Of a stretch of DNA of 59,936 nucleotides, positions 17,733 through 25,816 are shown piece after piece (within the stretch, counting starts at the first letter, position 1; the number at the start of each line of letters is the position of its first letter). The DNA lies in IMG/VR virus record IMGVR_UViG_3300032893_000048, positions 1 to 59,936 of that record; one strand, written 5' to 3'. A model generated the notes under the pieces. That model was given only the letters and a program-made list of their open reading frames with translations. It was not told the DNA's origin and searched no databases. The position numbers and the translations under genes were made by a program. Origin of the DNA: a virus (lineage: Duplodnaviria; Caudoviricetes).

Positions 17733-20700
17733 ATGGCAAACCGCTATTGGGTTCCTGTCGCTGGATCAGGATCAGGCACATGGGATACATCTGACACCAC
17801 CCACTGGTCTACTTCTAGTGGTGGTGCTGGTGGATTTGCGCCGCCTACATCCAGCGATACGGCTATTTTCGACGCCAATAGCGGCACCGGAACAGTCACC
17901 GTCTCAAGTGCCGTCGCAAACACAGTCAATCTCAGTGCAAGCAGCATTCTTACATTCGTCAGTTCCGGGGTAACTTGTAGCGGCGCATTTACTGGCAAAG
18001 CTGCGGTTTCATTCGGACCAGCTCTTACAATGTCAGGCACCGGCAACCTGACAAGCAACGGCATGACACTACCGTCGCTGACGATCAACGGATCATCCAT
18101 CACGGTTACGTTGCAGGATGATCTGAATGTAAGCGGTACACTTACGCTTACCAAGGGGTCAATCAGCGCAGGCTCGCACAATGTTACCTGTGCGAACTTC
18201 TCGTCGAGCAATACCAATACCCGCACGATCAATTTAGGGACTGGCACCTGGAATCTTACTGGCACCGGAACCGTCTGGGATGTCTCGACCACCACTGGGC
18301 TGACTGTTACCCGTAATTCTGGCGGCGCGGGTACGATCAAACTATCAGATACCAGCACTACAGCGCGCACTTTTGCTGGCGGTGGCAAGAGCTATAGCAA
18401 CCTGTGGATTACGGGTTCAGGTAACAGCACGACCACCCTTACCGGTAGCAATCTTTTTACCGACATCCTGATTGATGCGGCTCCGCGCACCGTTACATTT
18501 CCGGCAAGCAGCACCACCACATACAACACGCTAAGGACGCGCGCTACAGCTACTGCGGCGATCACTCTCAATTCGTCGTCATCTGGCACAGCCGCAAGCC
18601 TGTCAAATAATAAGGGATACACGACATTTTGGGATTATTGCTCGATCAAGGATATTCATTCTGTCCAATCGAGCGTCTGCTATGCTGGAACGCATAGCAC
18701 GAACGTCAGCGGCAACGCCAACATCACCTTTACAAACCCGCCAAATGCGCTGACGGGAAACCAGACCATTACTTCATCTGGGATGTACTGGTGGACTGCT
18801 ACAGCAGACGGAACTCTGAAGTCTGAGCTGTGGGGTGCGGGCGCTCAGGGCAACACCGATACCGAGGCGGTGCAGGGTGGTGCTGGTGGTGCGTACTCGA
18901 AAGTTAATGCTTACCCAGTAAATAATTACTACAGCTACTTTGTCTACATCGTAGCTGCGGGGGCGGTCAATAATGTTGCGGATGGTACGGCTTATCCGAC
19001 CTTCCTTGAGACCCCGCTTACGCAATGCGCCTATGCCGGCAACGGCGGCGACAACCTGGGATTAAGCAATGGCGGCATTGGTGATGTCGTCTATAACGGC
19101 GGCTCGGGTGTTGGATGTGGGGGCGGTTCAAGCGCAGGCACAGCATCGAACGGAACTGATTCAACCGCGGGCAGCGACAGCGGCGCAGTCGGGCCAACGG
19201 GCAGTGGCCCGGGTGGCGACGGTGATTCCTCTGGTTCTGGTAATGGTAGTAACGGCGTCGCGCCTGGCGGTGGTGGTGGTGGCTCCTACGACATGACCGG
19301 CGGCCTGGGTGCCCAGGGCAAAGCGATCCTCACCTTCACGGCCTCAGGTGGTGGCACCACGGTCTACAGCGACATCCGCATCCCTGATTCGTGGGCCTCA
19401 CTCATCAACGCTGATATCAAGATGCCGATTGCTGAAATCCTCGGCATCCAGGCCGACCTGCGCACCGCTATCGCGCAGCTGGCGACGGCCCGCCTGGATG
19501 CTGTGGCCACCGATGCCTGGGTCCAGATCGTAGCCACGAGCTTGCGCATCGCCACGGACCTGCTCAGCACGATCAACGCGGATCGCACCATCCCCATCGA
19601 GTTCATCTCGAGCTCGGTGACGATTACCAGCGACCTCCGGGTTGCGATCGACAACCTGGCCGCCATGACCCGGGACCTGCGGAACGCGATCGACAACACC
19701 GAGTTGGCGCGGGCCGACCTGCTCGAGCCCATCGCCAACCTGCTGGTCGTGGCCGACAACCTGGTGCTGCCACGTGATGCAGCAGGTACCACCAGATCGG
19801 ACCTGCAGGACCCGTTCGCGGCACTTGGGACCGTGGCGCCGAGCGGCAGCGTCCGGTTCGACTGGGTGGGCAGGACCACCGATGACTTCGTGGTGTCGAC
19901 CGAGGAGCTGCTCAACGCCCGCCGTGATTCCATGATGGCGATGGAGAACCTCCAAACGGCGCGGACCGACCTGAAGCTGCTCGTGGCCTGGTTGACTAGC
20001 ATCAACGCGGACCAGCGCCTGCCGGTGGAGTGGGTGGGCGCCGCGGGGATCAACGCCTACGTGGCGGTGCCCTACGACTGGGTCACCCCGCTGCGGCGGG
20101 ACCTGACGGTCCCCATCGATGCAACGTTGGCCGCGCGGACCGACGTGGTCACGGCCCAAGAGCACATGATCCGTACCTACAACGACGAGCGCGGCACCAT
20201 CGAGTTCTTGCAGCAGGCGCGGCAGGATGGGCGGGTGGCGTTCGATTATCCGCTGGCCCTGACCGAGGATAGCCGGATCGTGATCGAGCGCCTGGGGGCC
20301 CTGCACGATGATCCGCGGTTCAACCTCGAGAACCTGCAGACGGCGCGGGTGGATGACCGCATCCCCTTCGAGAACCAGGGCGGCCTTGGTGCTCACTCAG
20401 ACGTGGTCATGCCGCTGGATTGGACCAGCAAGGTCATCGTTGATGCCGTGGTGCGGCGGGACAACACCGCCCTGCTGTTCGTCGATGAGAAGGTGGCCAT
20501 CGAGACCTTGAAGGTGGCGAGCCCGGTCGATACCACCTTCCGCTTCGCCTTCGGGCGGGACGTACACCAGGACGCCAAGGTCCTCATGGAATGGCTGGGG
20601 ATCAGTCAATTCTCCAGCGATTCCAAGCTGGCGTTCGACTGGACCTCACCGGTCCGGGGCGACGCGAGGCTCAACATTGAAGCAACGATCGCGGCTGGGG

Positions 20701-20924
20701 GCAGCTACCACCTGGTCGTGGAAAATCTTGCCAAGGTCCTGGGCATCGAGGTCCTGCCCGGTGACACCTTGGTGCTTGTCAACGCCGATTCGTTCATCAA
20801 GGCGGAGTGGGGCGGCTCCAGTGGGTTTGTGGAAGGCAACGCAGTTGTCATTCATATTGGCGCGCGCAGGTCGGTGTGGCATATACCTGCACGCATAGTT
20901 AAGCGTTACACCATCGAACAGTAA
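17733..20924 (+). CDS. Large virion fibre/adhesin-like protein (beta-helix-like N half, Gly-rich domain, 14-aa repeat stalk)
   Basis: MANRYWV.GSGTWD...HWSTSSGGAGG start; Thr/Ser/Gly-rich; D-periodic 14-mers from about 19359. Confidence 0.75.
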   Translation: MANRYWVPVAGSGSGTWDTSDTTHWSTSSGGAGGFAPPTSSDTAIFDANSGTGTVTVSSAVANTVNLSASSILTFVSSGVTCSGAFTGKAAVSFGPALTMSGTGNLTSNGMTLPSLTINGSSITVTLQDDLNVSGTLTLTKGSISAGSHNVTCANFSSSNTNTRTINLGTGTWNLTGTGTVWDVSTTTGLTVTRNSGGAGTIKLSDTSTTARTFAGGGKSYSNLWITGSGNSTTTLTGSNLFTDILIDAAPRTVTFPASSTTTYNTLRTRATATAAITLNSSSSGTAASLSNNKGYTTFWDYCSIKDIHSVQSSVCYAGTHSTNVSGNANITFTNPPNALTGNQTITSSGMYWWTATADGTLKSELWGAGAQGNTDTEAVQGGAGGAYSKVNAYPVNNYYSYFVYIVAAGAVNNVADGTAYPTFLETPLTQCAYAGNGGDNLGLSNGGIGDVVYNGGSGVGCGGGSSAGTASNGTDSTAGSDSGAVGPTGSGPGGDGDSSGSGNGSNGVAPGGGGGGSYDMTGGLGAQGKAILTFTASGGGTTVYSDIRIPDSWASLINADIKMPIAEILGIQADLRTAIAQLATARLDAVATDAWVQIVATSLRIATDLLSTINADRTIPIEFISSSVTITSDLRVAIDNLAAMTRDLRNAIDNTELARADLLEPIANLLVVADNLVLPRDAAGTTRSDLQDPFAALGTVAPSGSVRFDWVGRTTDDFVVSTEELLNARRDSMMAMENLQTARTDLKLLVAWLTSINADQRLPVEWVGAAGINAYVAVPYDWVTPLRRDLTVPIDATLAARTDVVTAQEHMIRTYNDERGTIEFLQQARQDGRVAFDYPLALTEDSRIVIERLGALHDDPRFNLENLQTARVDDRIPFENQGGLGAHSDVVMPLDWTSKVIVDAVVRRDNTALLFVDEKVAIETLKVASPVDTTFRFAFGRDVHQDAKVLMEWLGISQFSSDSKLAFDWTSPVRGDARLNIEATIAAGGSYHLVVENLAKVLGIEVLPGDTLVLVNADSFIKAEWGGSSGFVEGNAVVIHIGARRSVWHIPARIVKRYTIEQ

Positions 20925-20940
20925 CGAGAGGAATTGAAAG

Positions 20941-21957
20941 ATGTCTGTGCAAGCAACTGATCTTGTCGCCTACGGCTCGGCTTCGATGCCGGATGACGAC
21001 ACCGGTACTAACATCGGCGGCGCCGTCTCCAGCGGTAGCAACCTCATCCGCATGGTTTTTGACGACATCACGCCCAGCGGCAACGTCCAGGTCGTATCCA
21101 GCGCCACGGGTGACACCACCCAGTCGGTTGCGGTCTCGGGTCGTGACGCCTCAGGTGTGCTGATCAGCGAAACCAAGACCCTTAACGGTCAGACCGCCGT
21201 GGCGATGACCACCAACACGACCTGGGAGCGCCTGCTCAAGGCCGTCAAGTCTGCCACCACCACGGGCGACGTCGCGGTGGAATCTGCCACGGCGGTGCGC
21301 ACGGGGACGGCGCAGGCCGGCACGTCGACCTCCATCACGCTGGACTCGGGCGCCTCGGGCACCGACGACGCCTACAAAGACATGATCATCCGCATCACGA
21401 GCGGCACCGGTGCGGGCCAGATTCGCAAGATCAGTCAGGTCGGCTCGGTGGCTTACACGGGTTCCACCAAGGTGGCCACGGTCGATCGCGCGTGGGGCAC
21501 GACCCCGGACAGCACGTCGGTGTTTCGCATCTCACATGGCATGTACTTCGAGAAGGCGCCGAACGAGGTCTTCCAGCTGCGTCGTCCGTTCTACAACTCG
21601 TCGGCCGATGTGGCGGGTGGGTCAGCCAAGACCTACTACGAGAAGATCTTCCTGACCAACAACAACTCCTCGTTGGCGCTGACCGCGGCCACCATCGCGT
21701 TGCAGGCCGATACGTCGGGTTACGTGAGCTTTGCCCTGGAATCATCGTTGAACGGCACGGATACCAACGGCAGCGGCAACAACCGTCAGGTGGCGCCCAG
21801 CGGCTACACGTTCAACACGACCACCAAGAACGTGGCGAACTCGCAGAACCACACCAACGGCGCCGGCCAGGGCGTGTGGCTCAAGCTGGCCCTGCCGGCT
21901 GGCGCAGCTGCGGCGAAGAACACCTTCACGCTGCGTGAGTCGGGTACCACGACCTAA
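20941..21957 (+). CDS. Virion structural protein (decoration/fibre base)
   Basis: TGTAQAGTSTSITL...DDAY...ITSGTGAGQ.RKI...YTGSTKVATV module; strong RBS. Confidence 0.7.
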   Translation: MSVQATDLVAYGSASMPDDDTGTNIGGAVSSGSNLIRMVFDDITPSGNVQVVSSATGDTTQSVAVSGRDASGVLISETKTLNGQTAVAMTTNTTWERLLKAVKSATTTGDVAVESATAVRTGTAQAGTSTSITLDSGASGTDDAYKDMIIRITSGTGAGQIRKISQVGSVAYTGSTKVATVDRAWGTTPDSTSVFRISHGMYFEKAPNEVFQLRRPFYNSSADVAGGSAKTYYEKIFLTNNNSSLALTAATIALQADTSGYVSFALESSLNGTDTNGSGNNRQVAPSGYTFNTTTKNVANSQNHTNGAGQGVWLKLALPAGAAAAKNTFTLRESGTTT

Positions 21958-21969
21958 GGACTGTGAGCC

Positions 21970-22296
21970 ATGAGCAACCCGACCGTGCTGGTTAAATTCG
22001 CGAGTGCCGCGCCGCTCTTCAACATCGACCTGACAGCCTTGCTGAACGGTCGGACCATAGATCATCTGATCGAGTTGGTCGCGTTGAACGACGACGAGAA
22101 CACCCTGACGATCGGTGATGTGGTTATCAACGACACGCCTGTCGTGTTCGATGACGGCCAGGTCGCCCCAGTGCGGTCGGTTTTCCAATTAACGATCGGG
22201 GACGGCACCCCTGGCATGATCTACGAGCTAGCAGGCCAGTTCGTCATGTCAGGCGGTTACCCCGATGAATTTCGCGTGCTGCTGGAGGTTCTCTGA
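21970..22296 (+). CDS. Hypothetical structural protein
   Basis: 108-aa beta-rich ORF coupled to the portal gene. Confidence 0.6.
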   Translation: MSNPTVLVKFASAAPLFNIDLTALLNGRTIDHLIELVALNDDENTLTIGDVVINDTPVVFDDGQVAPVRSVFQLTIGDGTPGMIYELAGQFVMSGGYPDEFRVLLEVL

Positions 22297-25200
22297 TGCC
22301 CGGGCTAATCAAACGACTCGCTGACTCGACCAGGTATGTGCTGGCTGGGTCCAACCCGCTTGGTAAGGCGGCAAGTGAGCCGGTAAGCTTCACGGATCGG
22401 GTAACCGAGGCCACGCGCTACGTGGTTGACGGCATCCAGCCGGTGTCCTGGTTCTCGCCGGCCCAGCCGATGGAACCGGTGGCCCAGCAGGCGATCGGCC
22501 GCCAGTTCGACTACCCCGTCGGCTACAACCTGCGTATTACCCCACGGCAGGAGGAGGCGATCAGCTTCCCTCAGCTGCGCTCGCTGGCCGATAGCCATGA
22601 CATCACGCGGCTGCTCATCGAGACCCGTAAGGACCAGATGGTCAAGGTGCCGTGGAACATCATCTACCGCGACAGCCAGAAGAACCTGGACGACAACTCC
22701 AAGGACACCCGCATCCAGGAGGTGCTGGCCTTCCTGCGCATGCCGGATCGCATCAACACGTGGCAGAAGTGGTTGCGGGCCCTCATGGAGGACATGCTGG
22801 TCATCGACGCCGCCACGGTCTATCCTCGCTTCACGAAGGGCAAGAAGCTCTACTCGTTGGACCTGATCGACGGCGCCACCATCAAGCGGGTGCTGGATGA
22901 GACCGGCCGCGTGCCGATGCCGCCGAGCCCTGCATACCAACAGGTGCTCAAGGGCCTCGGGGCCGTCGACTACTCCGCCGACGACCTGATCTACGCGCCG
23001 CGCAACATTCGGACGAACCGCATCTACGGGTACTCACCCGTCGAGCAGATCATCATGACGATCAACATCGCCCTGCGCCGGCAGGTCCACCAGCTGCAGT
23101 ACTACACGGAAGGCAGCCTACCGGACCTGATCTTCACAGTGCCGGATTCGTGGACCACCGACCAGCTGGCCGAGTTCCAGGAGAACTGGAACATGGAGCT
23201 CGAGGGCAACACCGCGGCCCGGCGCAAGACCCGCTTCGTGCCGGACGGCACCAAGCCGCTGAACATCAAGGATGCGATCCTTAAGGACGAATACGACGAG
23301 TGGATCGCCCGTGTGTGCTGCTACTGCTTCAGCGTGCCGCCCACCGCCTTCGTGAAGCAGGTCAATCGATCCACATCTGAGTCGCTCCAGCAGGCGGCCC
23401 TGGAGGAAGGTCTCTATCCGCTCATGGCCTGGGTCAAGGACCTGATGGACATGATCCTGTGGCGCTACTTCGGCTACGATGACCTCGAGTTCGAATGGAA
23501 TCAGGAGAAGACCATCGATCAGGTCGAGCAGGCCACGATCGACAAGACCTACGTGGAGGCTGGCATCTGGTCGATCGACGAGGTGCGGGACCGCCAAGGT
23601 AAGCGGATGCTGGGGATCGGCAACATGATCATCACCGGGTCCGGTCCGGTCATGCTCAAGGACTTCACCGATGAGGCCCTGGACCAGCAGGCCAAGGAGG
23701 AGGAAGCTAACCAGGCGGCCGCCCTGCAGGCCGGGCCTCAGACGACGGCTCAGAATGAGCCGGGGACAACCGAGGTGACGCCAGGTGAACCGGGGCAGGC
23801 CAAGCCTGGGGTAACGCAGCCCAAGGGTGCCGCTCCCCAGAAGGCACCTCAGCCGGCCAAGCCGGCGGTGACCAAGGTGGACGACCAGGCCCACCAGGCG
23901 GCCACGAGTCCGTTGAACACCCGACCCGATCCGACCCCGGCCCAGATTCAGGCCGGCAACTATAAGAAGGGTCATGTGCAGCTGAACGGACTGCGGATTG
24001 CTATCGAGAACCCGCGTGGTTCTCAGCGGAGCGGGGTGGCAGCGGATGGCAGCACCTGGACCACCACGATGAACGACCACTACGGCTACATCAAGGGGTT
24101 CCGTGGAGCGGATGACGACTACGTGGATGTCTTCCTCGGCGCGAGGTGTGAAGATGCTGACTGCCCTGTACACATTATCAATCAGCTTGACCCTAGCACT
24201 GGCGATTTTGATGAGCACAAGGTGATGCTGGGCTACAGCTCGCCTGAGCAGGCCCAGATCGCGTATGCGATGAACTACTCGGACTACGCCACCGCGATCG
24301 ACCGCATCGGTAGCGTGAAGACGATGTCGCTGGACGACTTTAAGGACTGGCTTCGGCGAAGCTCAAATGACGAAGCCGCTAAGATGAGCAAAGGCGATAC
24401 GCCTGGGCATGACTTTCATGGGAATCAATATACCGCTGGCGAGGTTGCCGCTGTGAAGGAGTACCAGTCGGGCATGTATAACAGCGATGTCGGTGGCTAC
24501 GCCAACCTGCAGGGTATGCTTCGCACCGGCCAGCCTAAGTTCCCGCATGCGTGGGACGAGGCGCGTGGTCAGACGCACCTTGAGAACCTCAAGTCAGCGT
24601 TTGACAAGACGTCGACTGAGAAGGACACCACCGCCTACCGTGGCGTGCGGATCGAACGCGGCCAGCAGTCTGATCTTCTGACCGCCAAGGTCGGATCGAT
24701 CCTGACCGACAAAGGTGTGACGTCCACCTCCACCAGCAAGGACGTGGTGGCAAGCAAGTTCTCGAACCCGTTGAATCGGTCTGATCAGATCGTGCGGATG
24801 GAGATAAAGGTCCCAGCGGGCTCAAAAGCCATCGACATCGACCATGTCGCCGGCAAGGTTGGTGAGAAGGAGCTGGCACTGGCCCCGAACGCACGGCTGC
24901 AGGTGACCGGCCGCAGCGAGCGGAATGGCGTGATCCACCTGAAGGCCACCATGCTCCACGATGCAAAGAAGATGGCCAAGGCGGCGCCGAAGGCGATCAA
25001 CCGCACCCGCCCGGCGACGCTGAAGGCGAAGAAGGCCATTGAGGACGCGACGAAGAAGGTCTTCAAGAAAACCGCTAAGAGCGTGGCCGCTCAGCTGAGG
25101 TCCAAGCTCAAGAAGGCCCTCATCAAGGCAGATGATGTCGAGATGGTGCTGGCAAGCCTCGACCTGAGCGACCTCCAGGACCTGGGCCCGCAGCTACAAC

Positions 25201-25814
25201 GCATCTACGAGGAGTTGGGTCGGGACGGGGTGATGCAGGCACTGGTCCAGCTCAAGGAGATCGGCTACACGCCCACCACCGAGGAGGAAGCGTCAGTCAT
25301 CGAGCAGGCCAACTCGGCTGCCGTGACCTGGGCCCGCCAGCGCGCCGCGACCCTCGTGGGCCGCCATATCAACGAGGACGGTGAGATCGAGGAGGCGGTG
25401 CGGTCTGAGTATCAGATCGAGGAGACCACACGCAGCATGCTCCGCAGCCTGATCACCCGGGCGCTGGACGAGGGCACGACCCCGGCTGACCTCGCGCAAC
25501 AGCTCAGCGACGCCAGCGTGGCCGAGGACTTCCCCTTCAGCGATGCCCGCGCCACGACCATCGCCCGCACCGAGACGGCCTTCGCTGATGTCGCGGGGAA
25601 CATGGCGACCTACCGCAGCACCGGTGTGGTGGCCGGCAAGCGCTGGATTACCGCCGGCGATGACCAGGTTTCTGAGGACTGCGACGCCAACCATGAGCAG
25701 GGTGTCGTGGACCTGGAGGATGAGTTCCAAGGGGGCGTGGATGCCCCACCCCAGCATCCAAATTGCCGGTGCGACGTTGTGCCGGTGCTTGCATCTGATA
25801 CGGAGGAATCCTGA
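22296..25814 (+). CDS. Portal protein fused to an inorganic-pyrophosphatase-like domain, an ADP-ribosyltransferase and MuF (SPP1 gp7-like)
   Basis: Portal YGYSPVE, FSVPP, SIDEVR; InPase-like NYKKGH...IENPRGS.RSG...HYGYI...DVFLG...HKVMLG; ART YRG...STS...EKE; MuF IARTET...KRW...PPQHPNCRC. Confidence 0.9.
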   Translation: MPGLIKRLADSTRYVLAGSNPLGKAASEPVSFTDRVTEATRYVVDGIQPVSWFSPAQPMEPVAQQAIGRQFDYPVGYNLRITPRQEEAISFPQLRSLADSHDITRLLIETRKDQMVKVPWNIIYRDSQKNLDDNSKDTRIQEVLAFLRMPDRINTWQKWLRALMEDMLVIDAATVYPRFTKGKKLYSLDLIDGATIKRVLDETGRVPMPPSPAYQQVLKGLGAVDYSADDLIYAPRNIRTNRIYGYSPVEQIIMTINIALRRQVHQLQYYTEGSLPDLIFTVPDSWTTDQLAEFQENWNMELEGNTAARRKTRFVPDGTKPLNIKDAILKDEYDEWIARVCCYCFSVPPTAFVKQVNRSTSESLQQAALEEGLYPLMAWVKDLMDMILWRYFGYDDLEFEWNQEKTIDQVEQATIDKTYVEAGIWSIDEVRDRQGKRMLGIGNMIITGSGPVMLKDFTDEALDQQAKEEEANQAAALQAGPQTTAQNEPGTTEVTPGEPGQAKPGVTQPKGAAPQKAPQPAKPAVTKVDDQAHQAATSPLNTRPDPTPAQIQAGNYKKGHVQLNGLRIAIENPRGSQRSGVAADGSTWTTTMNDHYGYIKGFRGADDDYVDVFLGARCEDADCPVHIINQLDPSTGDFDEHKVMLGYSSPEQAQIAYAMNYSDYATAIDRIGSVKTMSLDDFKDWLRRSSNDEAAKMSKGDTPGHDFHGNQYTAGEVAAVKEYQSGMYNSDVGGYANLQGMLRTGQPKFPHAWDEARGQTHLENLKSAFDKTSTEKDTTAYRGVRIERGQQSDLLTAKVGSILTDKGVTSTSTSKDVVASKFSNPLNRSDQIVRMEIKVPAGSKAIDIDHVAGKVGEKELALAPNARLQVTGRSERNGVIHLKATMLHDAKKMAKAAPKAINRTRPATLKAKKAIEDATKKVFKKTAKSVAAQLRSKLKKALIKADDVEMVLASLDLSDLQDLGPQLQRIYEELGRDGVMQALVQLKEIGYTPTTEEEASVIEQANSAAVTWARQRAATLVGRHINEDGEIEEAVRSEYQIEETTRSMLRSLITRALDEGTTPADLAQQLSDASVAEDFPFSDARATTIARTETAFADVAGNMATYRSTGVVAGKRWITAGDDQVSEDCDANHEQGVVDLEDEFQGGVDAPPQHPNCRCDVVPVLASDTEES
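24390..24431 (+). repeat. KGDTPGHDFHGNQY tag, copy 1 (precedes the ART domain)
   Basis: Protein-level repeat, 4 copies in two head genes. Confidence 0.9.
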
Positions 25815-25816
25815 TC

